A DNA stretch of 64,000 nucleotides from Chitinophaga pinensis (GTDB taxonomy: Bacteria > Bacteroidota > Bacteroidia > Chitinophagales > Chitinophagaceae), in contig CALRLY020000009.1 in assembly GCA_943368955.1 (NCBI GenBank), forward strand, positions 8,983 through 72,982, read 5' to 3'. Position 1 is the stretch's first letter; every line of letters starts with the position of its first letter. Shown piece after piece: positions 40,810 through 51,071 of this stretch. Below the pieces are notes generated by a model. That model saw only the letters and a program-made list of their open reading frames with translations. It had not been told where the DNA came from and did not search any database. The position numbers and the translations under genes were made by a program.

Positions 40810-42180
40810 TCAGTTTGTTACAATTGCCTGGGGAAACAGCAATTTCACCTGTTCGCAGGACTGGTAGTCGGGGTCTACTTTCAGGTAAAATGTTTTGGCA
40901 TTTTTCTGAAACCATTTTTCCAGCTGTTGTTGTTTTTTATCTTCCAGTGCCCGGCTGGCGATTTTACTGTAATCGTCTTTCAGATTTTCCCGGTGTGGTT
41001 CGGTACGGGAAATGAGGTAAACGATGCGAACACCTTTTTTACCCCGCTCTTCGGTAAACGCCACAGGTTGTGAATATTCGCCGGGTTTCAATTGTTCCAG
41101 TATTACCACAATATCTTTTTCCAACTGATCAATGGTGATGATGGAAGATCCGTCGGGTCCGGATTTACGGCCGCCGGTAAATTTTGATTGTTCTTCGTCG
41201 GAGTACTTGCTTACCGCTTCGCCGAAGTTGATGGTTCCCGCTACGAGCTTGGAACGTACGGTATCCAGCTTGTTGATGGCCAGGCGTATATCTTCTTCAT
41301 TAATACGGGGCACTTTCAGGATATGCCGGATGGTGATTTCGTCGCCATTGATGGAAACGCACTGGATGATGTGATAACCGAATTTGGATTTGATCACCCG
41401 AGATACCTGGCCTTCTTTCAGGCTCATGGCAGTATTAAAAAAGGTTGGGTCCCACTGGTTGTCGCTGCGGTTGAGCACATACATGCCGCCCGACTGTTTG
41501 CTTCCCGGATCGTCGGTGTACAAAGAGGCGAGGGTTTCAAACCGCTTTTCACCTGCTTCCACCATGCGCTTGAATTCTTTCAGTTCATCCTGTGCATATT
41601 CTTCCATTTCACGGCCGGCTTTGGGATACACCACTATTTCGCCAATTTCCAGTTCCGTTTCGTAAAAAGCAAGGCTGTCTTTAGGGATGCGGTCAAAAAA
41701 AGCCTTCACCTCAGTGGGGGTGATTTTTACGTTTTCAATGATTTTGCCCCGCATGGCTGTTGCCAGTTTCCCTTCTCTGATGGGTTCTCTCATTTCTTCC
41801 CTGAACTGGTAGAGCGTTTTTCCGGTAATTTGTTCAATCACCTCCCGGGAACCATACTGCTGAATGAAATAACGGATCCGGTTATCAATTTCGGCTTCCA
41901 CTTCTTCATCACTTACCGGCAGTGAGTCTTTTTCTGCCTGGATGGCCATCATTTTATTGATGATGACCTGTTGAATGAGGAAGCACTCGGGGTTGGGAGG
42001 TAATTCTGCTTCCTGCCGTTTGGCATCGGCAATCTGGTTATCAATATCCGATTTCAGAATAATACGATCGCCCACCACACCAATAATCTTATCGGCCACA
42101 ATTTTTTTGGGCTGTGCTATAGCGGCAGCGTGCAACAGCACAACTGCCAGTAAGAAGAAGAATTGTTTTTGCATGTGCAT
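40810..42180 (-). CDS. surA: SurA-type peptidyl-prolyl isomerase chaperone
   Basis: Signal peptide, ADKIIGVVG.RIILKSDI, parvulin motifs FETLASLYTDDPGS and VSRVIKSKFGYHII. Confidence 0.88.
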   Translation of the reverse strand: MHMQKQFFFLLAVVLLHAAAIAQPKKIVADKIIGVVGDRIILKSDIDNQIADAKRQEAELPPNPECFLIQQVIINKMMAIQAEKDSLPVSDEEVEAEIDNRIRYFIQQYGSREVIEQITGKTLYQFREEMREPIREGKLATAMRGKIIENVKITPTEVKAFFDRIPKDSLAFYETELEIGEIVVYPKAGREMEEYAQDELKEFKRMVEAGEKRFETLASLYTDDPGSKQSGGMYVLNRSDNQWDPTFFNTAMSLKEGQVSRVIKSKFGYHIIQCVSINGDEITIRHILKVPRINEEDIRLAINKLDTVRSKLVAGTINFGEAVSKYSDEEQSKFTGGRKSGPDGSSIITIDQLEKDIVVILEQLKPGEYSQPVAFTEERGKKGVRIVYLISRTEPHRENLKDDYSKIASRALEDKKQQQLEKWFQKNAKTFYLKVDPDYQSCEQVKLLFPQAIVTN

Positions 42181-42247
42181 CAAAAATAAAAGAGAAGACT
42201 GTGCGGGGCGCACAGCCATCTCTTATTTAACATTCTGTTTTTTACAA

Positions 42248-45046
42248 TCAAAGGGTTCGTTTCACCTCTTCCTGCTCAAAAGCAACTACGGTATCGCCCA
42301 CGTTGATGTCGCTGAAGTTTTTCACCGTTAAACCACATTCCATATTGTTGTTCACTTCTTTTACATCGTCCTTGAAGCGTTTGAGACTTGCCAATTCGGC
42401 GAAGGCTCCTTCCTGGCGGGGATATACCAGTACACCATCCCGGAAGAGGCGCACTTTGGCATCACGCTTGATTTTTCCTTCGAGTACAAAGCAACCGGCA
42501 ACGGTAGCTTTATCGAACTTGTACACTTCACGGATTTCAACGGTGGCCACTTCTTTCTCAGTAATCTTGGGTTCCAGCATTCCTTCCATGGCGCTCTTGA
42601 CTTCTTCAATGGCGTTGTAGATGATGGAGTAGTTTTTGATTTCCACCCCTTCCTGCTCTGCCAGGCGGGCCGCCTGCATAGACGGACGCACGTTGAACCC
42701 GATCAGGATGGCATCGGAAGCACTGGCGAGTGTTACGTCGGCTTCTGAAATCTGACCCACCGCACGGTGTACCACGTTCACTGCAATTTCCGGTGTAGAG
42801 AGTTTCTGCAACGAATCGGTCAGGGCTTCTACCGAACCGTCCACATCACCTTTGATGATGAGGTTGAGTTCTTTAAAGTTGCCCAAAGCCAGACGGCGTC
42901 CGATTTCATCGAGCGTAATATGTTTCTTCGTGCGGATGCCCTGCTCACGCAGAATTTGTGCCCGGCGGTTGGCAATGTCTTTGGCTTCTGATTCGTCTTC
43001 ATACACTTTGAACTTTTCACCAGCCTGAGGCGCACCATTCAAACCCAGAATTTGCACAGGTGTGGACGGGCCTGCTATTTCAATGCGCTGATTCCGCTCA
43101 TTGAACATGGCTTTTACACGACCGTAATACTGTCCGCTTACAACCAGGTCGCCCTGTTCCAGGGTTCCGTTTTGCACCAGTACGGTTGCCACATAGCCAC
43201 GGCCTTTATCCAGCGACGCTTCAATGATCGAACCGGTACCTTCCCGTTCAGGGTTGGCTTTGAGATCGAGCAGCTCAGCTTCCAGCAGGATTTTTTCAAG
43301 GAGCTTATCTACATTCAATCCTTTTTTGGCAGAAATTTCCTGGCTTTGGTATTTACCGCCCCATTCTTCCACCAACAGGTTCATTTGCGACAGCTGCTCA
43401 TATATTTTCTGCGGGTTGGCACCGTCTTTATCTATTTTGTTGACAGCAAAGATCATGGGTACGCCGGCAGCCTGGGCGTGGCTGATGGCTTCTTTTGTCT
43501 GCGGCATCACGGCGTCATCTGCTGCCACCACAATCACCGCAATATCGGTCACCTTGGCGCCACGGGCACGCATAGCCGTAAATGCTTCGTGACCGGGCGT
43601 ATCGAGGAAGGTGATACTTTTTCCGCTGGCGGTTTTTACTTCGTAAGCACCGATATGCTGGGTAATACCTCCGGCCTCGCCGCTAACTACATTGGCCTGA
43701 CGCACATAGTCGAGCAAGGATGTTTTACCATGATCCACGTGACCCATGATGGTTACAATCGGTGCACGGGATACCAGGTCGGCTTCATCATCTTCTTCCA
43801 CCTCTTCTTCCATTTCCAGCTGCTTTTCCATATCAATAAACTCAACGGTAAAGCCAAACTCTCCTGCCACCAGTTCAATTACCTCTGCATCCAGTCGTTG
43901 GTTGATGGATACCATCAGTCCCAGGCTGAAACATTTTGCCACCACTTCTGTGGGTGTTACATCCATGAGACTGGCGAGTTCGCTGGCGCTGATGAACTCC
44001 GTCACCTGCAGTACATTGCTGTCGCCGCCTTCGCCCTGGTGTTCGGCCATTTCCTCCCGCTTGAGTTTGCGGTATTTGGCTTTCAGGCTCTTGCCTCGTC
44101 CGCCGGCGCCACTGAGTTTGGCCTGTGTTTCACGCAGTTTATCCTGGATTGCTTTTTCATCAATGACCTTATCTTCTCTCCGGGGGCCTCCGCCATGGGG
44201 CGTATGCGGGCCTCTTCTGCCACCGCCTCCGCCATGCGGACCTCTGCGGTCGCCACCCCGTTGATCGGGACGGGCCTGCTTGTCTTCAATGGCCGGTGTG
44301 CTTCCTTTTTTATCAATGGGAATGCGCTTGCGCTTCCGTTTTTCTTTGTCCGATGGTTTGGGCCTGGTATCGGGATTAACCGGCAAGTCAATTTTGCCGA
44401 GAATTTTCGGACCTTCCAGCACTTCGGCCCGGATGTTTTCAATCACCACCTGCTCTTGTGCCGGAGCAACGATTTCAGGGGTGGCAGTCTCTGCCGGTTG
44501 TTCCACCTGGGGGGGAGCCGCAGGCGCTTCTGTTACCGGAACCTCTGGTGTTTCTTCTTTCTTTTTGACCGTTTTTTTCGGACGGGTGGAGGTTTCCAGT
44601 TTATCAAGATCTATTTTGGCAATTACTTTCGGCCCTTCGATTTCAGGCACTTCCACTTTTGCCACTTCCGGTTCTGCAATTACAGGAGCCGGAACTTCCA
44701 CCGGTGCCGGTTCAACAGGTTCTTCAGCAACCACTGGTTTCGGCTCTTCCTTCACCACTACCTTTTTAACTTCTTTTCTGAACGAAACCTCTTCTTCCTC
44801 TTTCTTTTTCTTAGCCTCGCCCATACCACCTTTGGGTATTTCTATCTGGTCGCTTTTGAGTTTGGCTGCTTTGTCCGATGAAAATTCTGCCTGCAGGGAC
44901 CGGTACATCTCTTCGGTAAGCCTGGCGGTAGGCTTGAGATCGTCACGGCTGAATCCCTTCCCGGCCAAAAAGTCAATCAGGGTGTCTTTCCCGATATTGA
45001 ACTCTTTAGCTGCGGCCATTAAACGTGGTGTATTACTTTCAGACAT
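42248..45046 (-). CDS. infB: Translation initiation factor IF-2
   Basis: [47 protein letters not shown]. Confidence 0.98.
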   Translation of the reverse strand: MSESNTPRLMAAAKEFNIGKDTLIDFLAGKGFSRDDLKPTARLTEEMYRSLQAEFSSDKAAKLKSDQIEIPKGGMGEAKKKKEEEEVSFRKEVKKVVVKEEPKPVVAEEPVEPAPVEVPAPVIAEPEVAKVEVPEIEGPKVIAKIDLDKLETSTRPKKTVKKKEETPEVPVTEAPAAPPQVEQPAETATPEIVAPAQEQVVIENIRAEVLEGPKILGKIDLPVNPDTRPKPSDKEKRKRKRIPIDKKGSTPAIEDKQARPDQRGGDRRGPHGGGGGRRGPHTPHGGGPRREDKVIDEKAIQDKLRETQAKLSGAGGRGKSLKAKYRKLKREEMAEHQGEGGDSNVLQVTEFISASELASLMDVTPTEVVAKCFSLGLMVSINQRLDAEVIELVAGEFGFTVEFIDMEKQLEMEEEVEEDDEADLVSRAPIVTIMGHVDHGKTSLLDYVRQANVVSGEAGGITQHIGAYEVKTASGKSITFLDTPGHEAFTAMRARGAKVTDIAVIVVAADDAVMPQTKEAISHAQAAGVPMIFAVNKIDKDGANPQKIYEQLSQMNLLVEEWGGKYQSQEISAKKGLNVDKLLEKILLEAELLDLKANPEREGTGSIIEASLDKGRGYVATVLVQNGTLEQGDLVVSGQYYGRVKAMFNERNQRIEIAGPSTPVQILGLNGAPQAGEKFKVYEDESEAKDIANRRAQILREQGIRTKKHITLDEIGRRLALGNFKELNLIIKGDVDGSVEALTDSLQKLSTPEIAVNVVHRAVGQISEADVTLASASDAILIGFNVRPSMQAARLAEQEGVEIKNYSIIYNAIEEVKSAMEGMLEPKITEKEVATVEIREVYKFDKATVAGCFVLEGKIKRDAKVRLFRDGVLVYPRQEGAFAELASLKRFKDDVKEVNNNMECGLTVKNFSDINVGDTVVAFEQEEVKRTL

Positions 45047-45109
45047 TCAGTTGTTTTATAATGAAATTTAAAGTTTCTCTGTTCGGTGTTTCAGGGTTAG
45101 TCTGCAGGG

Positions 45110-46357
45110 TTATTCATTTTCAAACTCCTCTGCCAGAATGCGGCGCACTTCTTCAATGGTTTCTTTTTCAAGATCGGTGCGGCGTTCAAGTTCCTCAGTT
45201 GTCAGCTGCATTACGCTGCGGGCTGTATCGCAACCAATTCGTTTGAAGGAGTCAATCACCCAACCTTCAATTTCATCGGAGAATTCGTTGAGGTCAATAT
45301 CAAATTCATCTTCTTCTCCTTCTGTATCACGGTATACATCAATTTCGTAACCGGTTAATTCGCAGGCCAGTTTGATGTTTACACCCCGCTTACCAATTGC
45401 CAGCGATACCTGGTCGGGTTTCAGGTACACATCTGCGTGTTTCCCTTCCTGGTCAATATTCATGCTGGTGATTTTGGAAGGCGTGAGTGAACGTTGAATG
45501 AGCAGGTTGATGTTATTGGTGAAATTGATGACATCAATGTTTTCATTTTTCAGTTCCCGTACAATGCCATGAATACGGCTGCCTTTCATACCTACGCAGG
45601 CGCCAACGGGATCAATGCGGTCGTCGTAGCTTTCTACGGCTACTTTGGCACGCTCACCGGGCTCCCGTACTATTTTGCGGATTACAATGAGGCCGTCAAA
45701 AATTTCAGGCACTTCAATTTCCAGCAGCTTGGCCAGGAAATCGGGGCTGGTGCGGGAGAGAATGATGACAGGCGTATTGTTTTTGAGTTCCACCCGGCGG
45801 ATTACAGCACGGATGTTTTCACCTTTTTTGAAATAGTCTTGCGGAATCTGTTCGCTCTTGGGAAGAATCAGTTCATTCCCTTCCTCATCGAGCAGGAGCA
45901 CTTCTTTTTTCCAAACCTGGTATACTTCGGCACTGATGATTTCGCCAATGCGGTCTTCGTATTTTTTTACCAACAGGTTTTTCTTGAGATCGCTGATGCG
46001 GCTGGCCAGCGTTTGCTTGGCAGCAAGAATCGCACGGCGGCCAAAATCGTGGATGTCCACATCTTCATACAATTCTTCTCCCACTTCATAATCGGGTTCA
46101 ATCTTCACAGCATCGGTGTAGGCAATCTGCGCCAGTGGATCTTCCACCTGTCCGTCTTCCACAATGGTGCGGCGGCGCATAATTTCCAGGTCTCCCTTTT
46201 CTGTATTAACGATAACGTCGAAGTTGTCATCGCTGCCGTATTTTTTACGGAGTAATGTTTTAAATACATCTTCCAGCACTTTCATCATGGTGGGGCGGTC
46301 AATGTTTTCCGCATCCTTAAACTCCTGGAAACTCTCGATTAAGTTGATACTTGCCAT
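45110..46357 (-). CDS. nusA: Transcription termination factor NusA
   Basis: S1 domain, REPGERAKVAV, DPVGACVGMKGSRI, SLAIGKRGVNIKLA. Confidence 0.98.
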   Translation of the reverse strand: MASINLIESFQEFKDAENIDRPTMMKVLEDVFKTLLRKKYGSDDNFDVIVNTEKGDLEIMRRRTIVEDGQVEDPLAQIAYTDAVKIEPDYEVGEELYEDVDIHDFGRRAILAAKQTLASRISDLKKNLLVKKYEDRIGEIISAEVYQVWKKEVLLLDEEGNELILPKSEQIPQDYFKKGENIRAVIRRVELKNNTPVIILSRTSPDFLAKLLEIEVPEIFDGLIVIRKIVREPGERAKVAVESYDDRIDPVGACVGMKGSRIHGIVRELKNENIDVINFTNNINLLIQRSLTPSKITSMNIDQEGKHADVYLKPDQVSLAIGKRGVNIKLACELTGYEIDVYRDTEGEEDEFDIDLNEFSDEIEGWVIDSFKRIGCDTARSVMQLTTEELERRTDLEKETIEEVRRILAEEFENE

Positions 46358-46399
46358 AACACAAAGGTTTAAATAGAGGTGGTTGTATGAAACCAGCCG

Positions 46400-46870
46400 T
46401 TAGAATACAATTTGAATTTTTGTTGATTTGATTTGTTCCGTTAAAAATGTATGTTGAATCACTTCCTGTTTTTTGCCTTTTCCTTTCACTTCTTCCAGTT
46501 GCACTTCTGTATCGGTTGCAGCCAGCAGTTTGCCCGAAAATTTGTGTCCGTCTTTGAGCAGAATTTCAACGGGCCGCCCCAGGTTTTTTACATACTGGCG
46601 TGTGAGCTTCAATGGTTCATCCAGCCCGGGCGACGATACTTCCAGCTCAAACTCGCCCGGCGGAAACAGACCGGTTTCTTCCAGCTGCTTGTACAGGGAG
46701 CGGTTGCAGGTAATACAGTAGCTTAAGGAAACACCCTGATCAGCATCCAGCAGCACTTGTATTTTATTGCCGGGTTTCACTTTTACATCCACCAGGAAAT
46801 AGCCCGGTTCTGCTGCAATGAGTTCGTTTACGTAACCGGTAATGCGTTCTGTTTTTTGTTCAATGTTCAT
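46400..46870 (-). CDS. rimP: Ribosome maturation factor RimP
   Basis: LEVSSPGLDEPL; first gene of the rimP-nusA-infB operon. Confidence 0.95.
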   Translation of the reverse strand: MNIEQKTERITGYVNELIAAEPGYFLVDVKVKPGNKIQVLLDADQGVSLSYCITCNRSLYKQLEETGLFPPGEFELEVSSPGLDEPLKLTRQYVKNLGRPVEILLKDGHKFSGKLLAATDTEVQLEEVKGKGKKQEVIQHTFLTEQIKSTKIQIVF

Positions 46871-46876
46871 GGTACT

Positions 46877-46908
46877 GAAAGAAAGAAGGGAACGTCCCCG
46901 TTCCCTTC
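46877..46908 (-). promoter_or_regulatory. rimP leader terminator-like hairpin (attenuator candidate)
   Basis: Minus strand GAAGGGAACG-GGGA-CGTTCCCTTC followed by TTTCTTTC, 6 nt before the rimP ATG. Confidence 0.65.
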
Positions 46909-46928
46909 CACTGTTTCTTTTTCCGCTG

Positions 46929-46936
46929 CAAATGTA
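46929..46936 (-). promoter_or_regulatory. -7 promoter box of the rimP operon
   Basis: TACATTTG on the minus strand matches Bacteroidota TAnnTTTG. Confidence 0.55.
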
Positions 46937-47049
46937 CGGTAAGGGGTGTGAATTATAAAATTCTTTTTACCGGTTTGCAGCCACATGTTCCGGAACAGGT
47001 TTACAAGAATCTTCACAAAAATGGAGGCTGAATGCAGTAATTTTGCACC

Positions 47050-47271
47050 ATGTTACGAGTTTTGCTGATCGGCCTTCTTCTTTATTTTTTATACCGGTTT
47101 ATTGTGCATTTCCTGGTGCCCGTTATACGAACAGCCCGCCAGGTAAAACAGCAGATGGATGCAATCCGCAGCCAGGTGAACCGGCCTTATACACAGGAAC
47201 CTGCATCGCAGCCTGCTTCTCAGCCTGCTGCCCGCACCGGCGATTACATTGAGTTTGAAGAGGTGCGTTGA
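47050..47271 (+). CDS. Small membrane protein, DUF4834-like
   Basis: N-terminal TM helix and C-terminal GDYIEFEEV motif. Confidence 0.75.
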   Translation: MLRVLLIGLLLYFLYRFIVHFLVPVIRTARQVKQQMDAIRSQVNRPYTQEPASQPASQPAARTGDYIEFEEVR

Positions 47272-47369
47272 TGAGCGGGCCCACCCGATTGTGTGTTTCT
47301 GCCAGCTGCAGAAATTAAACCCCTTTCAAAAGAACGATTTTTCTATCTTTGCCCCCGCCTGAAACGGCC

Positions 47370-47443
47370 GGATCCTTAGCTCAGACGGTTAGAGCATCTG
47401 ACTCATAATCAGAGGGTCGTAGGTTCAAATCCTACAGGATCCA
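47370..47443 (+). tRNA. tRNA with CAT anticodon (elongator Met or Ile2)
   Basis: Acceptor GGATCCT/AGGATCC, anticodon arm TCTGA-CTCATAA-TCAGA, T-loop GTTCAAATC; TATCTTTG promoter box at 47344-47351; CCA not encoded. Confidence 0.95.
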
Positions 47444-47451
47444 CGAAAGAA

Positions 47452-47525
47452 ACAGCCGGAAAGAACGGAAGACGGGAAACGGTTTCAAATCGCTTGTTGT
47501 TCTCTCTTCCTGCTTTCCGGTTTTT
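47452..47525 (+). terminator. Long hairpin terminator after the tRNA
   Basis: AGCCGGAAAG...GGAAGA...TCTTCC...CTTTCCGGTTTTTT. Confidence 0.55.
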
Positions 47526-47581
47526 CATCTTTACAGGTCTTAACCTTTGCTTAACCGTTAAGCAGATACATTTGTCGTTCT

Positions 47582-48331
47582 ATGATGAAGAAATTATCAA
47601 TCGTACTGTTGCTGGCTGGTGCCGCTTTTTCGCTGCAGGCCCAGGAAGCTGAACCCAACAAGAAGAAAAAGGACTGGTCGAAAGTCAATCTTTCCAACCG
47701 CCCTAAGGATCATCTCATGTTTCAGGTGGGCATGCATAGCTGGACGCAGCGTCCCGATACCTTCGCCACCAAGGGTTTGTCCCGTTCGTTCAATGCCTAT
47801 TTTATGTTCGACTTTGTGTTTAAAACCGATCCCCGTTTCAGTGTGGGGCTAGGTGTGGGCGTAGGAACAGACCGTATTTCCTTTGATAATGAAGCCGGCC
47901 GGGATCTTAACATCATCAACGGCAATGGCATTACCTTTCGCAGGAATACAGGAGCCGACAGTACCATTCGTTACAGAAGCATCGGGTTACATTCTGCTTT
48001 CCTCGAAGCTCCGGTTGAAATCCGCTTTATGACCAAGCCGGAAACACCGAATAAAAGCTGGAAGTTTGCCTTGGGTATGAAGGTGGGTACGATGGTTTCA
48101 GCTGTTGATAAAACCCGTTTTGAGCGGGATGCTGCCGGCAACTTACAGTATAATACAAAAGTAAAAGACCGGAAAAACTTCAACAACTTACGCCTGGCAG
48201 CCCAGGCACGGGTGGGCTATGGCAACATCGGCCTGTTTGCACAATACCAGATTAACGATTTCATCAAAGAAGGACAAGGCCCCAGCCAGGTGCGGCCCTT
48301 CAGCGTTGGACTGACTGTTACGGGACTGTAA
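47582..48331 (+). CDS. Outer-membrane beta-barrel protein (PorT/OMP_b-brl-like)
   Basis: Signal peptide, alternating amphipathic strands, LEAPVEIRF, C-terminal FSVGLTVTGL. Confidence 0.78.
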   Translation: MMKKLSIVLLLAGAAFSLQAQEAEPNKKKKDWSKVNLSNRPKDHLMFQVGMHSWTQRPDTFATKGLSRSFNAYFMFDFVFKTDPRFSVGLGVGVGTDRISFDNEAGRDLNIINGNGITFRRNTGADSTIRYRSIGLHSAFLEAPVEIRFMTKPETPNKSWKFALGMKVGTMVSAVDKTRFERDAAGNLQYNTKVKDRKNFNNLRLAAQARVGYGNIGLFAQYQINDFIKEGQGPSQVRPFSVGLTVTGL

Positions 48332-48353
48332 ACAGCCAGCATACATAATTCGG

Positions 48354-48387
48354 GCGGATGGTATTATTGCCATCCGCTTTTTCTTTT
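48354..48387 (+). terminator. Intrinsic terminator
   Basis: GCGGATGG-N8-CCATCCGC-TTTTTCTTTT. Confidence 0.8.
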
Positions 48388-48430
48388 ACGGCCTATACAA
48401 CAGGAATCCTGTTACTTTTGTACTACTGAA

Positions 48431-49627
48431 TTGATTGATGTGATTGAACGCAAACTCGGATTAAAAGAAAACGAACGGGCTGTACTGGTGGGCCTCATCC
48501 ATAAAAACCAGTCGGAACTGCAGGTGAAAGAATACCTCGATGAACTGGCCTTCCTGGCCGAAACAGCGGGTGCGGCAGCCGTGAAACGCTTTACGCAAAA
48601 ACTGCCACACCCCGACAGTAAAACCTTTGTAGGCAAGGGAAAGCTGGAGGAAATCAGAACGTACATAGAAGGACGGGATATTCAACTGGTGATTTTTGAC
48701 GACGAGCTCACCGGCGCCCAGATCATGAATATTGAAAAAGTACTGGGCGTGTACACCATTGACCGAAGCGACCTCATCCTCGATATTTTTGCCAGCCGTG
48801 CCAAAACAGCCCAGGCCAAAACACAGGTGGAACTGGCCCAGTACCAGTACCTGCTGCCCCGGCTCAAAGGGATGTGGACACACCTCGAACGGCAGGGAGG
48901 CGGTATTGGCTCACGTGGGCCCGGAGAAACAGAAATTGAAACCGACCGCCGGATTGTAAAAGATAAAATTGCCCTCTTACGCAGACGGCTAACCGAAATT
49001 GATAAGCAGGCGCTCACCCAGCGTAAAGAGCGGGGCGAGTTTATACGTGTGGCGCTGGTGGGTTACACCAACGTAGGCAAAAGCACTATTATGAACCTCA
49101 TGAGCAAGAGCGATGTGTTTGCCGAAAACAAACTGTTTGCCACGCTCGACACCACAACCCGGAAGGTGGTGTTTGAAATCACCCCGTTTTTGCTGAGCGA
49201 TACGGTGGGCTTTATCCGCAAGCTGCCGCATCACCTGGTGGAAAGTTTTAAAAGCACGCTGGATGAAGTGCGGGAAAGCGATGTGCTGCTGCATGTGGTG
49301 GATATTTCGCATCCGCAGTACGAAGATCAGATGCAGGTGGTGAATAAAACCCTGCAGGAGATGAACTGTGCCGATAAGCCCGTGCTGACCGTTTTCAACA
49401 AAATGGATTTGTATGAAACCAATCATTTCGATGAGTGGCTGGAAGAAGGCGTGAAAGAAATGATTTTGCGGGAATTAAAAGAACGCTGGGAGCATGATAC
49501 CAATGGGCATTGTGTATTTATATCGGCCCTGGAGCGCAGGAATATTGACGAACTGCGGCACACCATTCTACAGCAGGTAAAAGAAATGTACCGGGTGCGG
49601 TATCCCTACAAAACCGGATTTTTCTAA
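48431..49627 (+). CDS. hflX: GTPase HflX
   Basis: GPGETEIETDRR, VGYTNVGKST, FATLDTTTR, DTVGFIRKLPH, NKMD. Confidence 0.97.
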   Translation: MIDVIERKLGLKENERAVLVGLIHKNQSELQVKEYLDELAFLAETAGAAAVKRFTQKLPHPDSKTFVGKGKLEEIRTYIEGRDIQLVIFDDELTGAQIMNIEKVLGVYTIDRSDLILDIFASRAKTAQAKTQVELAQYQYLLPRLKGMWTHLERQGGGIGSRGPGETEIETDRRIVKDKIALLRRRLTEIDKQALTQRKERGEFIRVALVGYTNVGKSTIMNLMSKSDVFAENKLFATLDTTTRKVVFEITPFLLSDTVGFIRKLPHHLVESFKSTLDEVRESDVLLHVVDISHPQYEDQMQVVNKTLQEMNCADKPVLTVFNKMDLYETNHFDEWLEEGVKEMILRELKERWEHDTNGHCVFISALERRNIDELRHTILQQVKEMYRVRYPYKTGFF

Positions 49628-49638
49628 GTAACAGTTTC

Positions 49639-49998
49639 ATGAACTCCAAAACCTATCACTGGCATAAACTGGCCGAAACAGTGGAAGAGCTCAACTGGCA
49701 GGACAATCAGTTGTGCGAAGTGGTGGTAGACGGAAAAACCATTTGCCTGTCGCTTCACCAGGGGCAGGTACATGCCTGTGCGCATAAATGTCCGCATGCG
49801 GGTGGGCGCATGGTTGCCGGCTGGCAGGATGCATTGGGCAACCTGGTATGTCCGCTGCACCGGTACCGCTTTGATCCCCGCACGGGTCGTAATAGCAGCG
49901 GCGAAGGGTACTACCTCAAAACCTACCCGGTGGAAGTGCGTTCCGATGGGGTATATGTAGGAGTAGAAGCTGGCGGGCTCTTTGGTTTTTTTCGATAA
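49639..49998 (+). CDS. Rieske (2Fe-2S) ferredoxin-like protein
   Basis: CPHAGG...CPLHRYRFD (CxH...CxxH). Confidence 0.9.
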   Translation: MNSKTYHWHKLAETVEELNWQDNQLCEVVVDGKTICLSLHQGQVHACAHKCPHAGGRMVAGWQDALGNLVCPLHRYRFDPRTGRNSSGEGYYLKTYPVEVRSDGVYVGVEAGGLFGFFR

Positions 49999-50067
49999 AA
50001 AATTCAAAAGGAGTGGGGAAAAAATGTGAAATCCCCTTATTTTTGCAGCCCCGAAAGGGAAAGGTAT

Positions 50068-50141
50068 TCCTCCTTAGCTCAGTTGGTTAGAGCATCTGAC
50101 TGTTAATCAGAGGGTCTCAGGTTCAAGTCCTGAAGGGGGAG
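50068..50141 (+). tRNA. tRNA-Asn(GTT)
   Basis: Acceptor TCCTCCT/AGGGGGA, anticodon arm TCTGA-CTGTTAA-TCAGA, GTTCAAGTC T-loop, discriminator G; TATTTTTG promoter box at 50038-50045. Confidence 0.96.
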
Positions 50142-50149
50142 CTGAAAAT

Positions 50150-50190
50150 CAAGCAGTTACGAGGTAGAATCCGTAGCTGCTTTTTTCTTT
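50150..50190 (+). terminator. Hairpin plus T-tract after tRNA-Asn
   Basis: AAGCAGTTACG-N10-CGTAGCTGCTT (one G-U pair) followed by a T-run. Confidence 0.65.
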
Positions 50191-50208
50191 GCACCAAGAG
50201 TTGCACCA
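50189..50208. repeat. Direct repeat at the island junction (possible integrase arm-type sites)
   Basis: TTGCACCA-AGAG-TTGCACCA. Confidence 0.4.
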
Positions 50209-50416
50209 TAACCAATTAAGAACATTGACATGGTTTTCGAATGCAAACGAGAATCATCTCTCCAACACGGCCTATCTTTCATATAATTATAATCAAAAGA
50301 AACCTGTTTTAAAGCTCAACGCAAAACTATTTTCTGTATCTATTTTGGTTGTATTTATAAAAGTCTCAATGTAGTATATTGTAACTAGATTCATTATTTT
50401 ACCACCAAAACACACT

Positions 50417-50992
50417 ATGGATAAGCTAACATCCCTCAATCTGTCATTCGACAGGATTCTCATTCAAATCATAGTTCCGGGGCTAACTGCAATTTTTCCT
50501 TATTTCCTGCTCTTTTTAAACCATCGCCCCAAAGCAAAAGATTACTTCTACAATAACCAATCTGTTACAATTACGGCCATTACCTTGATTTCTCTTATTG
50601 CTGGTATGTTATTGGAAAACTTTGGAGGCCGATTTGAGGTCTGTTATCTGGATAGGAGAATGCGAAAACGGAATTCAGATTTTGATGTAATCTGGAATAA
50701 GTACTTAAGTATATCCTACAGGGATGAGCCAATTGGCCAACGCTATTTGAGAAATATTCTACTTCGATTGAAGTTTGAAATTTCAATGGGTATTGCTATG
50801 ATACCAATGATGACAGGATTATTAATTCTCAACTATCAACTTCATATATTTGAATCCTTCTATTTGACCTTACTTTTAATGGTTCTTATGCCGGTAACCA
50901 TATCTATCTACTTACTTTTTTACGAGGCCCGGAGTAGTTCATTAATTTTGGATAAAACCAGAAGGTTATTGGTGGAAAATTTTAATACTTAA
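50417..50992 (+). CDS. Hypothetical integral membrane protein (about 4 TM)
   Basis: Two pairs of hydrophobic helices separated by a charged loop; no family recognised. Confidence 0.75.
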   Translation: MDKLTSLNLSFDRILIQIIVPGLTAIFPYFLLFLNHRPKAKDYFYNNQSVTITAITLISLIAGMLLENFGGRFEVCYLDRRMRKRNSDFDVIWNKYLSISYRDEPIGQRYLRNILLRLKFEISMGIAMIPMMTGLLILNYQLHIFESFYLTLLLMVLMPVTISIYLLFYEARSSSLILDKTRRLLVENFNT

Positions 50993-51071
50993 TGTGCTAG
51001 TAATTCTTCCGTTTAGGGTGTTCAATTTTTTTAATTGATTTTTTTGGAAGGCAGCTTTAATGGGGTAAATA

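Noticed and set aside
43052-44881. 609-aa plus-strand ORF, and similar long antisense ORFs at 2121-3203, 13903-14946, 22828-24015 and 26135-27001
   Set aside because: They lie wholly antisense to well-supported genes (infB, pcrA, adhesin, amidohydrolases) and show no motifs. They are shadow ORFs expected in GC-richer coding DNA.
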